From positions 1 to 37,941 of IMG/VR virus record IMGVR_UViG_3300030708_001092: a DNA stretch of 37,941 bases; one strand, 5' to 3'. Shown here in pieces: positions 16,756 to 25,811 of this stretch. Below the pieces are notes generated by a model. It was not told where the DNA came from. It was given only the letters and a program-made list of their open reading frames with translations, and made no database searches. The position numbers and the translations under genes were made by a program. Every line of letters begins with the position of its first letter. Positions within the stretch are counted from its first letter, which is position 1. Source of the DNA: a virus. Taxonomy: Duplodnaviria > Caudoviricetes.

Positions 16756-19700
16756 CTAACAGCAAGTATATACAAGGATCAGGCGGTGGCGGTTGTTTTA
16801 CTGGTGATACTCCTGTATCTATTCCAAGTGGTTCAAAACCAATAAAAGAAATAAATGTTGGTGATATTGTTTGCAGTTTCGATGATAAAGGTACTATTTA
16901 TCATGCCAAAGTTTTAAAGGTACATGAGCATGAAAACGAACCAGTTGTTAAGTACACAATCTGGGGTGGTAAAACTTTAGATGCAACACCGAATCATTGG
17001 GTATTAAATCAATTTAATGCGTTTGTTGGTATAGATACTTTAGGAACTGATGATTGTTTAGTTGATGAATTTGGTCATTTAAGACCAATTATTGAACGTA
17101 AAGCTATTGGAACACATACTGTTTACAACTTAACTGTTGAAGGACATCATACTTTTATTGCTAATACAATTCGTGTTCATAATGCAGGATTAGGGCCAAA
17201 TATCGCTGGTGCTGGTGGTGGAGGTAAAAAAGGAGGTGGAGGTAGTCCTCCGACTATTACTCCAGATAATTTACATAGTAAGCAGTTTGCTACTTTACTT
17301 GATCTTATTTCTGAAGGTGAGATTGAAGGTTTTTCAAGTCCATCAAAAGAAGGTAGAACTAAAGGAACGACTGCATATTTTAATGCTGCAAAGAAAGATA
17401 TTTTTTTAGATGATACCCCTATATTGGCTGCTACTGCTGATTCGACTAATCCACAAAATACTGAATTTAATCATCAAAATGTAGATTTTGACGTACGTTT
17501 TGGAACCACTTCTCAAACTAAAATGTCAAAAGTTTCGGGAAGTTCTTCTGTTTTCAATGTTGGATTAGAAGTCTCAAATGGTGTACCTGTAACTAGACAG
17601 CTTACTAATAATACGGATCTTGATGCAGTAAAAGTTACTCTTACTGCACCTCTTTTACAACAAATGGAAGATGATGGAGATATTGTAGGTTCTTCGATAA
17701 GTTTTGATATTCAACTTCAGTACAATGGCGGTGGTTTCACAACATTAGTTTCTGATACGATCAGAGGACGAACAGCAGATGCTTATAACAGAGAATATAG
17801 AATTGATCTTACAGGTGCTCATCCTGTTGATGTTCGTGTCGTAAAAACATCTGCAAATAGTACAGACAAAATATCACGAGATTTAATTTGGCAATCTTTT
17901 TCAGAATTAGAAGATGATTCAAGCACATATCCTGATTGTGCATATACAAGATTACGTTTAGATTCAGAATTTTTTAGTAGGATTCCTGATAGAAAATTTA
18001 AAATTAGAGGAGTAAAAGTAAGGATTCCAGGTGCAGGAGCTAACTCATCTGGTACTCCAACTGTAGATTTACAAACTGGAAGAGTTGTTTATCCTGCTGG
18101 TTATATTTTTAATGGTGTAATGGGTGCTGCTCAATGGACAACGTGCCCTGCTCTAATATTGCTGGATCTTTTAACTAACACTAGATATGGGTTAGGTAAT
18201 CATATTGTTGACAGTAATTTAGATTTATTTTCTTTTGTAACTGCAAGTAAGTTTTCAAATGAGCTTGTTGATGATGGATTTGGTGGACAGGAAGCTAGAT
18301 TTGCTTGCAACATAAATATCCAGACAAGTGTTGAGGCATTTGATGTTATAAGAACTTTGTCAGGAATAATGAGATGTATGCCAATTTGGTCTGAAGGAGC
18401 ATTACTTCTTACTCAAGATAGTCCAAAAGATCCAAGTTATTTATTTACTTTGGCTAATGTCGGACAAGAAGGGTTTAGTTATACAGGTAGCAGTTTGAAA
18501 ACTAGAGCTACAGTTGTTGCAGTCTCTTTTTTCAATATGGAGACTAGAGATTTAGATTTTGAGGAAGTTGAGGCAGAAACAGCTTATAAAAATAAATATG
18601 GACATAATTTGAAAAGAGTTAAAGCATTAGGTTGTACAAGTAGAGGTCAAGCAAGAAGATTTGCAAAAGCAATATTATTTACAGAACAAAGAGAAACAGA
18701 AGTAGTTAATTTCTCTGCTTCAATGGAATCAGGAGTAGTTGTTAGACCTGGAACGATTATTAGTGTTGCCGATCCAGCAAGATCAGGTGTAAGAAGAGGG
18801 GGAAGGATTGCTAGTGCTACAACAACTCAAATAACTGTAGATAATTCGGATGCAACTGATTTAACTGCTGACAATAATCCTAAATTAAGTGTAATACTAC
18901 CAAATGGGACAGTTGAGACTAAAAATATAACTGCAATATCAGGTAAAGTAATTACTTTGGCTAGTGCTTTAAGTCAAACACCAAATTCTAATAGTGTCTG
19001 GTTACTTGAAAATGATACTGTTTCTGCTCAGTCTTTCAGAGTTATGTCTGTTGAAGAATTTGATGGAATTAATTACAAAATAACAGCATTAGCTTATGTA
19101 AATGAAAAATATGCGTTTATCGAAGATAACCAACCAATTCCAGTACAACAGATAACAACTTTAAATCTTCTCAAACCACCTCCTAGTGGTTTATCAGCTA
19201 ATGAAACTATAGTCCTTATAAATAATCAACCTGTATCTAAATTAATTATTAGATGGCAGCCTGTAACTGGTGTTTCAAATTATTTAGTTAATTATAGATT
19301 TAAAGATAATAATGTTGTCTCTGCTACAACCAGTAGTCCTGATTTTGAAATTATTAATTCACAAGTAGGATCTTATGAAGTATCTGTTCGCAGTTTAAAT
19401 GCTGCATTAGAAGCTAGTGCTACAGATGCTAGTGAAACTTTTACAACTATCGGAAAAACTGCTGTTCCTACTGATGTATCAGGTCTTACTGCTGAACCAA
19501 TAAGTGAAAAATTAGTAAGATTACGTTGGAATTTAGCAACAGATTTAGATGTTACTCATGGTGGTCGTGTATATGTTAGACATTCTTCAAAAACTGATGG
19601 AACGGGATCTTTTTCTAACGCTACTGATTTAATTCAGGCACTTTCAGGTAATACCACAACTGCGGAAGTTCCGTATCTTGAGGGTGAATATATTTTAAAA

Positions 19701-20600
19701 TTTCAAGATGATGGAGGTAGATTTAGTGCTGGTGAAGCAAGTGTAATTTTAGATTTACCAGATAATTTAGATGCAAAATTAATTCAGACAAGAAGAGAAG
19801 ATCAAGATGTACCTAAGTTTCAAGGAACAAAAACTAATGTTGCCTTTGATGCTACAACAAACTCTTTAAATTTAACTGGTGTTGGGCAGTTTGATAGTAT
19901 TACCGATTTAGATTTAGTTTCTTCTATAGATGATATTGGAGGCATTGCTCCGCTAGGTACTTATGAGTTTGGTGGATCGGCTGGAAGTACAACTTTAGAT
20001 TTAGGAGATGTATATAGCTTAGATTTAAAACGTCATTTTTTAACAGAAGCATTTTATCCATCTGATTTATTTGATTCAATACCAGACTTAGATGCAAGAG
20101 GTGATTTTGAAGGATTAACTGCAACAAAAGTAAATGCAACTATGCAAGTTCGAGTTACTCAGGATGATCCGAATAGTGGATCTCCTACATACACCGCTTT
20201 TCAAACTTTTGCAAATGGAGTTTATAAAGGAAGAGGTTTTCAATTTAAAGTCAATTTAACAAGTAATGATCCAGCACAAGATATTAGAGTATTTCAGTTA
20301 GGATATACAGCTACTCTTCACAGAAGAACTGAACAAAGTGCTGAAACTATAGCAAGTGGAGCAGGAGCAAAGGCAGTTACGTTCCAACATCCTTTCTTTA
20401 CAGGGACTTCTGGGCTTGGGGGTGTAAATAGTAGTTTGCCTTCTGTTGGTATTACAGCTTATAATATGGCATCAGGAGATTTCTTCGAGGTTACTAATGT
20501 TACTGGAACAGGATTTAGTGTTCACTTCAAAAATTCATCAAATAATTCAGTTGATAGAAATTTTACATATCAAGCTGTCGGATTTGGTAAAGCAAGTTAG
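16752..20600 (+). CDS. Central tail fibre/host specificity protein (gpJ-like) with N-terminal Hint domain
   Basis: DNLHS, LDLISEGEIEG, RYGLG, GCTSRGQARR, FN3-like repeats. Confidence 0.95.
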   Translation: MTNSKYIQGSGGGGCFTGDTPVSIPSGSKPIKEINVGDIVCSFDDKGTIYHAKVLKVHEHENEPVVKYTIWGGKTLDATPNHWVLNQFNAFVGIDTLGTDDCLVDEFGHLRPIIERKAIGTHTVYNLTVEGHHTFIANTIRVHNAGLGPNIAGAGGGGKKGGGGSPPTITPDNLHSKQFATLLDLISEGEIEGFSSPSKEGRTKGTTAYFNAAKKDIFLDDTPILAATADSTNPQNTEFNHQNVDFDVRFGTTSQTKMSKVSGSSSVFNVGLEVSNGVPVTRQLTNNTDLDAVKVTLTAPLLQQMEDDGDIVGSSISFDIQLQYNGGGFTTLVSDTIRGRTADAYNREYRIDLTGAHPVDVRVVKTSANSTDKISRDLIWQSFSELEDDSSTYPDCAYTRLRLDSEFFSRIPDRKFKIRGVKVRIPGAGANSSGTPTVDLQTGRVVYPAGYIFNGVMGAAQWTTCPALILLDLLTNTRYGLGNHIVDSNLDLFSFVTASKFSNELVDDGFGGQEARFACNINIQTSVEAFDVIRTLSGIMRCMPIWSEGALLLTQDSPKDPSYLFTLANVGQEGFSYTGSSLKTRATVVAVSFFNMETRDLDFEEVEAETAYKNKYGHNLKRVKALGCTSRGQARRFAKAILFTEQRETEVVNFSASMESGVVVRPGTIISVADPARSGVRRGGRIASATTTQITVDNSDATDLTADNNPKLSVILPNGTVETKNITAISGKVITLASALSQTPNSNSVWLLENDTVSAQSFRVMSVEEFDGINYKITALAYVNEKYAFIEDNQPIPVQQITTLNLLKPPPSGLSANETIVLINNQPVSKLIIRWQPVTGVSNYLVNYRFKDNNVVSATTSSPDFEIINSQVGSYEVSVRSLNAALEASATDASETFTTIGKTAVPTDVSGLTAEPISEKLVRLRWNLATDLDVTHGGRVYVRHSSKTDGTGSFSNATDLIQALSGNTTTAEVPYLEGEYILKFQDDGGRFSAGEASVILDLPDNLDAKLIQTRREDQDVPKFQGTKTNVAFDATTNSLNLTGVGQFDSITDLDLVSSIDDIGGIAPLGTYEFGGSAGSTTLDLGDVYSLDLKRHFLTEAFYPSDLFDSIPDLDARGDFEGLTATKVNATMQVRVTQDDPNSGSPTYTAFQTFANGVYKGRGFQFKVNLTSNDPAQDIRVFQLGYTATLHRRTEQSAETIASGAGAKAVTFQHPFFTGTSGLGGVNSSLPSVGITAYNMASGDFFEVTNVTGTGFSVHFKNSSNNSVDRNFTYQAVGFGKAS
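16794..17183 (+). other. Hint (intein-like/BIL) domain, 130 aa, no homing endonuclease
   Basis: CFTGDTPV (block A), TPNH (block B), VYNLTVEGHHTFIAN-RVHN (blocks F/G); +1 residue is Ala. Confidence 0.92.
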
Positions 20601-20625
20601 AATGAGATCAATATTTGTTTTATAA

Positions 20626-21267
20626 ATGGCTAGACCAGGATCTACTACCAGCGAAACAGGTAATAATTATCAAACCGCCAATGGAACGGGTGCTGCGGTT
20701 CGTGCAAAGATCAATGAAATATTTCAAGCATTAAGAACATTTAGTTCTGGAAGTAGCGATCCATCAGGAGCAGCGAATATAGCTCAGTATCAGGCTCACA
20801 TAAACACCTCTACAAATTTACTAAAAATAGCAACAGCAGTTTCGGGAGATAGTGCAACTTATAACACGTTAGGAAATATTACGCTTGATAATTTAGGTCA
20901 TGTTGTAGCAGCAAGCCCTACGATGACAGGTGATGTTACGATGTCATCTACTGGATTTTTAAAAGTTCCTGTTGGTAATAATGCACAGCAACCTGGGCAA
21001 TCTGGAGCACCAGCAGCCGCAGCAGGACAATTTAGATATAACTCTGATACAGGACAATTTGAAGGCTATACAAATGCTTGGGGATCTATTGGTGGAGGTG
21101 CTGGAGCTACTGGAGGAGGTAATGATGAAGTATTTTTTGAATCGGACACTAACGTAACTCAGGATTATACGATAACATCAGGAAAAAATGCACATACAGT
21201 AAGCCCTGTTATAAATAGTGGAGTCACTGTAACAGTGCCCTCTGGCAGTTTATTAGTTATTATTTAA
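20626..21267 (+). CDS. Tail fibre anchor/adaptor protein
   Basis: ANGTGAAVRAKIN; GQFRYNSDTGQFEGY; C-terminal GVTVTVPSGS. Confidence 0.75.
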   Translation: MARPGSTTSETGNNYQTANGTGAAVRAKINEIFQALRTFSSGSSDPSGAANIAQYQAHINTSTNLLKIATAVSGDSATYNTLGNITLDNLGHVVAASPTMTGDVTMSSTGFLKVPVGNNAQQPGQSGAPAAAAGQFRYNSDTGQFEGYTNAWGSIGGGAGATGGGNDEVFFESDTNVTQDYTITSGKNAHTVSPVINSGVTVTVPSGSLLVII

Positions 21268-21269
21268 TT

Positions 21270-21950
21270 ATGAGCTTAGAACTTTCTGGAACAACTGGTC
21301 TTAAAGGTGTAGCTGGTTCAGTTTCCGCACCAAGTATCGTTGGAGATGACACAAATACAGGAATAAGTTTCCCTGCTGCGGATACCATAAAATTTTCAAC
21401 AAATGGTGTTGAAAGATTATCAATAACTAATAGTGGATTAAGTGGCGATGGATCAGGTTTGACAGGAGTAGGTGGTGGAATAACAGTTGCACAAACATTT
21501 AGGCGAACGACAACCACTGCTACAAACAACGGCACAACCTATTTTGGAGATAGTAATTGGGAAAAGTCAGACAACACTTTGCAAGGTGGTTTTGGTTCAT
21601 TTGCTGATCCTTCAAATGGGGTATTTTCATTCCCAACACCAGGTTATTATTATGTAGAGTTTCAAAGTTATTACGAAGATAGTGGATATAGTCGCAGTAA
21701 CCAAATACAAATTCTTGCTACAAATGATAATAATAATTACAGCATTATAAGTGCTGTTAACTTTGGTAATGATTATGATGTCTCTAGTTATGCTTACCAA
21801 TCTGGTTCTATCAGAACAATAATTGACGTAACAGACTTAACCAATCAAAAAATTATATTCGGAGCTTTTAGTATAAGTACAGTTAGTTGGGATGGTAGTA
21901 GTTCTCAAGATAGAACTGCTGCTACATTTATACGTTTAGGGGATACTTAA
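21270..21950 (+). CDS. Tail fibre/receptor-binding protein 1
   Basis: APSIVGDDTNTGISFPAADTIKFSTNGVERL; C1q-like GVFSFPTPGYY. Confidence 0.75.
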   Translation: MSLELSGTTGLKGVAGSVSAPSIVGDDTNTGISFPAADTIKFSTNGVERLSITNSGLSGDGSGLTGVGGGITVAQTFRRTTTTATNNGTTYFGDSNWEKSDNTLQGGFGSFADPSNGVFSFPTPGYYYVEFQSYYEDSGYSRSNQIQILATNDNNNYSIISAVNFGNDYDVSSYAYQSGSIRTIIDVTDLTNQKIIFGAFSISTVSWDGSSSQDRTAATFIRLGDT

Positions 21951-22309
21951 TGATTTATAACGTATATACAGCACTTTCATCACTTAAACCAACAGAAAAA
22001 TGGACTTGGAATGGTACAGATTATTCTGGGTTAAAATGGAATGACAGTGGAACAGCACCAACTGAATCTGAAATAAATGCAGAACTAACAAGGCTTACAA
22101 ATGCAGAACCAATGAGACTGTTAAGAAAAGAAAGAGATAAATTATTAGCAGCTTGTGATTGGAGAGCTAGTTCTGATTTAACACTTGCAGACGCTTGGAA
22201 AACATATCGTCAAAGTTTGCGTGACTTACCAGCTAGTGCATCGCCTAAACTCGATTCTGATGGTAATTTAGATATGAGTTCTGTCACTTTTCCTACTGAA
22301 CCTAGTTAA
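21950..22309 (+). CDS. Tail fibre assembly chaperone 1
   Basis: LRKERDKLLAACDW...WKTYRQSLRDLP. Confidence 0.85.
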   Translation: MIYNVYTALSSLKPTEKWTWNGTDYSGLKWNDSGTAPTESEINAELTRLTNAEPMRLLRKERDKLLAACDWRASSDLTLADAWKTYRQSLRDLPASASPKLDSDGNLDMSSVTFPTEPS

Positions 22310-22311
22310 CT

Positions 22312-22875
22312 ATGACAGCAAAGATTAAACTAAACGCAGCATCAGGTGGTGGGTCTTTTAGCTTACAAGCACCCTCATCATCTAGTAATAACAGAGTCAT
22401 AACTTTACCTGATATTGCAGATGGAACGCTTTTAACAAGTCAAAGCACTGGATTAGGAAAAATTTTACAAGTTAAAGGTTCTGCTCAAGCTGGTACTACG
22501 ACTTCTGGATTTATAACTTATGCAGACAATAATATAAATAATACTGCTGCCTTAATAGGCTCTCAGATAACAATTAACAGATTGTCTGCTAGTTCTTATT
22601 TTCTTATTACTGTGTGTGCACTTGTTGGAAGAGCATCCACAAGTGGTTGGGGTTATTTAGGCTATACAGCTTCCTTTGCTGGTGGCAGTAGTTTTAACGT
22701 AGAAGTAAACACCACAGATAATGAAAATAACGTTAGACATAAAGTCGAATTTATTAATGCTACTTCGGGAAGTGTAGGTGATGCTGTAGTTTTACAAGCA
22801 CGATATAATAACTCAGCACCACACAATGATAATGTGCGACAACCAACAATAACTGTTATGGAGTATCAACCATGA
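22312..22875 (+). CDS. Tail fibre/receptor-binding protein 2
   Basis: ITLPDIADGT, GKILQV...TITVMEY. Confidence 0.7.
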   Translation: MTAKIKLNAASGGGSFSLQAPSSSSNNRVITLPDIADGTLLTSQSTGLGKILQVKGSAQAGTTTSGFITYADNNINNTAALIGSQITINRLSASSYFLITVCALVGRASTSGWGYLGYTASFAGGSSFNVEVNTTDNENNVRHKVEFINATSGSVGDAVVLQARYNNSAPHNDNVRQPTITVMEYQP

Positions 22876-23150
22876 GTACAATAGCAGACGCATTAGTATC
22901 TTTAGGAGTTTCTGGTTACTCATTAATCGGAGAACCTACAACAGAAGAAGAATTTAAAGCAGCTTTTACAGGAACTACAGATAAAACTTGGGCAGAGATA
23001 AAAGCTGAAAAAGAAAGAATTGCTTATGTTGCTAAAAGAAAAGCAGAATATCCAAGTATTGAAGATCAGCTAGATCACATTTATCATAATGGTGTAGCTT
23101 CTTGGAAAACTACTATCAAAGCTATTAAGGACAAATATCCAAAACCATGA
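22872..23150 (+). CDS. Tail fibre chaperone 2
   Basis: RKAEYPSIEDQLD...IKDKYPKP. Confidence 0.75.
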   Translation: MSTIADALVSLGVSGYSLIGEPTTEEEFKAAFTGTTDKTWAEIKAEKERIAYVAKRKAEYPSIEDQLDHIYHNGVASWKTTIKAIKDKYPKP

Positions 23151-24283
23151 GTGAAATCAAAGTAAATTCGATAAAAGGGGTAGCAGCTAGTGCTGCTGCC
23201 ATTACTGTTAACAATACTGATGGAACGTGTAGTGCAAAACTTACTGATAATGGGGGGAATCAATTTGCCAATAGAAACAAAATAATTAATGGAGAATTTA
23301 GGGTTAATCAAAGAAATCATAGTGGTAGTGCATCACATAATAGTTACACGTTGGATAGATGGAAATATGCGAGATCTGCAAATACTGAATTTTCAACTAC
23401 TCAAAGCACAGATACCCCTGATGGTTTTGCAAATTCTGTAAAATTAGATTGTATAAGTGCTAATGGATCAACTGGTTCGACTGATTATGCTTATTTTAGA
23501 TACCATATTGAAGGTCAAGATTTACAGGATTTAAACAAAGGTACTTCAGCAGCAAAAGTCGCTACTTTATCCTTTTATGTTAAATGTGATATTACTGGAA
23601 CTTTTGCAATCAATGTGGTAGATGCAAATAACAGAATGTGTAATCTTACTTACACAGTATCCGACACAAACTGGAATCGTTATATCTTGACAATACCAGC
23701 AGATACTAGCGGTGCGATAGCCAACTCTAACCTTACTGGTTTAAGTATTCATTTTTATATTATTGCTGGTTCAAGTATTACTAGTGGTGGCTCTTTAAAT
23801 TCATGGGGTGCTTACAATACTGGTTATTTAGCACAAGGACATACCGCAAACATAGTCAGCACAGATCACAACTGGTATATGACAGGAGTTCAATTAGAAA
23901 TTTCGGATTATGCAACTCCATTTGAGCATAGGTCATACGCACAGGAGCTCAAACTCTGTGAACGTTATTTTGAAATTGTTAGTAAAGATAATGCTTATAT
24001 AGCTATTGCTATGTGTTATAGCTCAACAGTTGGTACAGGTGTAGTGCAATGTAGGACAACTAAACGAACAAGCCCGTCAATATATCAAGTAACTGGCAAT
24101 AATTATTATATATTTTATAGAAATAATGGAAATCAAACTTTTGATAATTTTAGTGGGTTAGCTGGGATTCATAGAAATGGATGTGCATTTTATCATAACA
24201 GTTTAAGTCATACTCAGGGTCATGCAGGTGGTTTTCATGGAAATCATGCCAACGCCCTCGTGGCACTACAAGCGGAGCTTTAA
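23147..24283 (+). CDS. Tail fibre/carbohydrate-binding protein 3
   Basis: NRNKIINGEFRVNQR, DRW, TGVQLE, TPFEHRSYAQELKLCERYF. Confidence 0.8.
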   Translation: MSEIKVNSIKGVAASAAAITVNNTDGTCSAKLTDNGGNQFANRNKIINGEFRVNQRNHSGSASHNSYTLDRWKYARSANTEFSTTQSTDTPDGFANSVKLDCISANGSTGSTDYAYFRYHIEGQDLQDLNKGTSAAKVATLSFYVKCDITGTFAINVVDANNRMCNLTYTVSDTNWNRYILTIPADTSGAIANSNLTGLSIHFYIIAGSSITSGGSLNSWGAYNTGYLAQGHTANIVSTDHNWYMTGVQLEISDYATPFEHRSYAQELKLCERYFEIVSKDNAYIAIAMCYSSTVGTGVVQCRTTKRTSPSIYQVTGNNYYIFYRNNGNQTFDNFSGLAGIHRNGCAFYHNSLSHTQGHAGGFHGNHANALVALQAEL

Positions 24284-24285
24284 TT

Positions 24286-24456
24286 ATGAGTTATAAACTT
24301 GTCAAAAACCCTTTTACAAATCAAATTGATTGTGTTCAACTTACAGATTCAACGACAAATGTAGTTTTAATAATCCCATTTGACGAAGAAAACACCGACT
24401 ACCAAGAATATCTTGCTTGGGTAGCAGAGGGAAATACAGCCGAAGCTGCTGATTAA
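24286..24456 (+). CDS. Tail fibre chaperone 3 (56 aa, not in ORF track)
   Basis: IPFDEENTDYQEYLAWVAEGNTAEAAD. Confidence 0.8.
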   Translation: MSYKLVKNPFTNQIDCVQLTDSTTNVVLIIPFDEENTDYQEYLAWVAEGNTAEAAD

Positions 24457-24584
24457 TTAACCTTTTCTTGCATCTGCCTTGTCATTAATCCCATAGTGAC
24501 GTAGAGAGGGGATAGGGCTACAATAAGCAGTAATACAAGCACACTTGTAAGAGATAGTGCTTTTAGTATCGCAAATTTAATCAT
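24453..24584 (-). CDS. Small membrane protein (43 aa)
   Basis: MIKFAILKALSLTSVLVLLLIVALSPLYVTMGLMTRQMQEKVN; exactly fills the gap. Confidence 0.55.
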   Translation of the reverse strand: MIKFAILKALSLTSVLVLLLIVALSPLYVTMGLMTRQMQEKVN

Positions 24585-24804
24585 GTTTCAAAAAATTGCT
24601 AATATTCTTAGCATCGTTTCTTTTCTTATGGTAGCTTCCATGAGTGGTGGAACGTACTTTGCATACAAATATGTAACATCAGATCAATTCAAAACAAGAG
24701 TTATGAATGAGATCATGGGAAATGTTCAAACATTAATGCCCAAAGTGTTAGACAATGCAATGCCCGAAATATCTGGCCCATCTATTCCTATTCTTAAAAA
24801 ATGA
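24583..24804 (+). CDS. Membrane-anchored hypothetical protein
   Basis: N-terminal TM helix, Pro-rich C-terminus. Confidence 0.75.
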   Translation: MFQKIANILSIVSFLMVASMSGGTYFAYKYVTSDQFKTRVMNEIMGNVQTLMPKVLDNAMPEISGPSIPILKK

Positions 24805-24968
24805 AATGTTGGCACTGTAAGACTGAACTGATCTGGGGTGGAGATCATGATATGGATGGCGAAGATTATCCATTAAGATCTGGAGAATATAGTATGGTTA
24901 CTAATCTTTCCTGTCCTAAATGTAATTCTTTTGTAGAAGTATTTTTACCAAGAGATGCTTACGACTAA
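24801..24968 (+). CDS. Small Zn-ribbon protein (55 aa)
   Basis: CWHC..ELIWGGDHD...NLSCPKC; coupled to both neighbours. Confidence 0.8.
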   Translation: MKCWHCKTELIWGGDHDMDGEDYPLRSGEYSMVTNLSCPKCNSFVEVFLPRDAYD

Positions 24969-25189
24969 TGATCTTTGGATTTATAAAAAAGCTAGTCAAA
25001 TATTATATAGATAAGTTAATACATTGGATGCGTATGACTAAATTTAATTTAGAGCTAGATAATGACATAAAAAAATATCACGAAGAATTAGATAAAAAAG
25101 TAAAAAAACCAAAAATTATAGAAAAAGGTACTTTTGGAGAAGATGGTTGGTCTATTTCTATTGGAGATGTAGAAGATGGAGATTCGTGA
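24968..25189 (+). CDS. Hypothetical protein
   Basis: 73 aa, translationally coupled. Confidence 0.65.
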   Translation: MIFGFIKKLVKYYIDKLIHWMRMTKFNLELDNDIKKYHEELDKKVKKPKIIEKGTFGEDGWSISIGDVEDGDS

Positions 25190-25811
25190 GATAAAGATAC
25201 CAAAGATCCCACAGATCAATGTTAATACTTATATTTCTACTCCATTACCAAATCTGAATGTACCTTTACCAAATATAGATTTACCTGGGTGCGTCAAAAC
25301 TCATAGAGATGCGAGTGTAAAAAATACACAAATAATTGAAGATGATGTTAATGGAGCGTTTTATAGCTGTCCAGAAGGCAAGATACCTTCTTTCGTTCCA
25401 ATAAATTATGATAGAAAAAAAATTGAAATTGTAGAGCAGAAACAAGAAAAGCCTGTTAACAACGCTAATATTCCAGAACCTAAGACACCTGAGATTCCCG
25501 ATATTCCAAAAGAAAAGGAAGCTATAAAAATAGAACCCTGCCCAGGTAAGAAAGATCAGCGAGTTGGAGACTTTCGTAACGAAAAAAGATTAGAACGTGT
25601 CATTGGGCATGAAAGAGGTGATGATGGGATTGAGTGCATTACTCTATATGAAAACGTTCCTTTTGTGGATCAATACATCCCAGAACCGAGCACTATTGTT
25701 TCTACTGCTGTTATCGGTCTTGTGGCTGCGAGTAGCCCTCTTATTCTCAATATAATCAAACCAGCTATAAAAAATATCGTAAAGAAACTTACAAAGAAGA
25801 AAGATAAATAA
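25176..25811 (+). CDS. Cys-containing protein with C-terminal membrane anchor
   Basis: LPGCV, ECITLYE, TM STAVIGLVAASSPLIL plus basic tail. Confidence 0.75.
   Translation: MEIREIKIPKIPQINVNTYISTPLPNLNVPLPNIDLPGCVKTHRDASVKNTQIIEDDVNGAFYSCPEGKIPSFVPINYDRKKIEIVEQKQEKPVNNANIPEPKTPEIPDIPKEKEAIKIEPCPGKKDQRVGDFRNEKRLERVIGHERGDDGIECITLYENVPFVDQYIPEPSTIVSTAVIGLVAASSPLILNIIKPAIKNIVKKLTKKKDK

Noticed and set aside
16794-17183. Canonical mobile intein
   Set aside because: The +1 residue is Ala and there is no homing endonuclease; treated as BIL-type Hint
1945-23320. Antisense or out-of-frame ORFs in the track (e.g. 2704-3057, 3496-3855, 4397-4711, 13496-14236, 21260-21535)
   Set aside because: Shadows of well-supported structural genes, with no motifs
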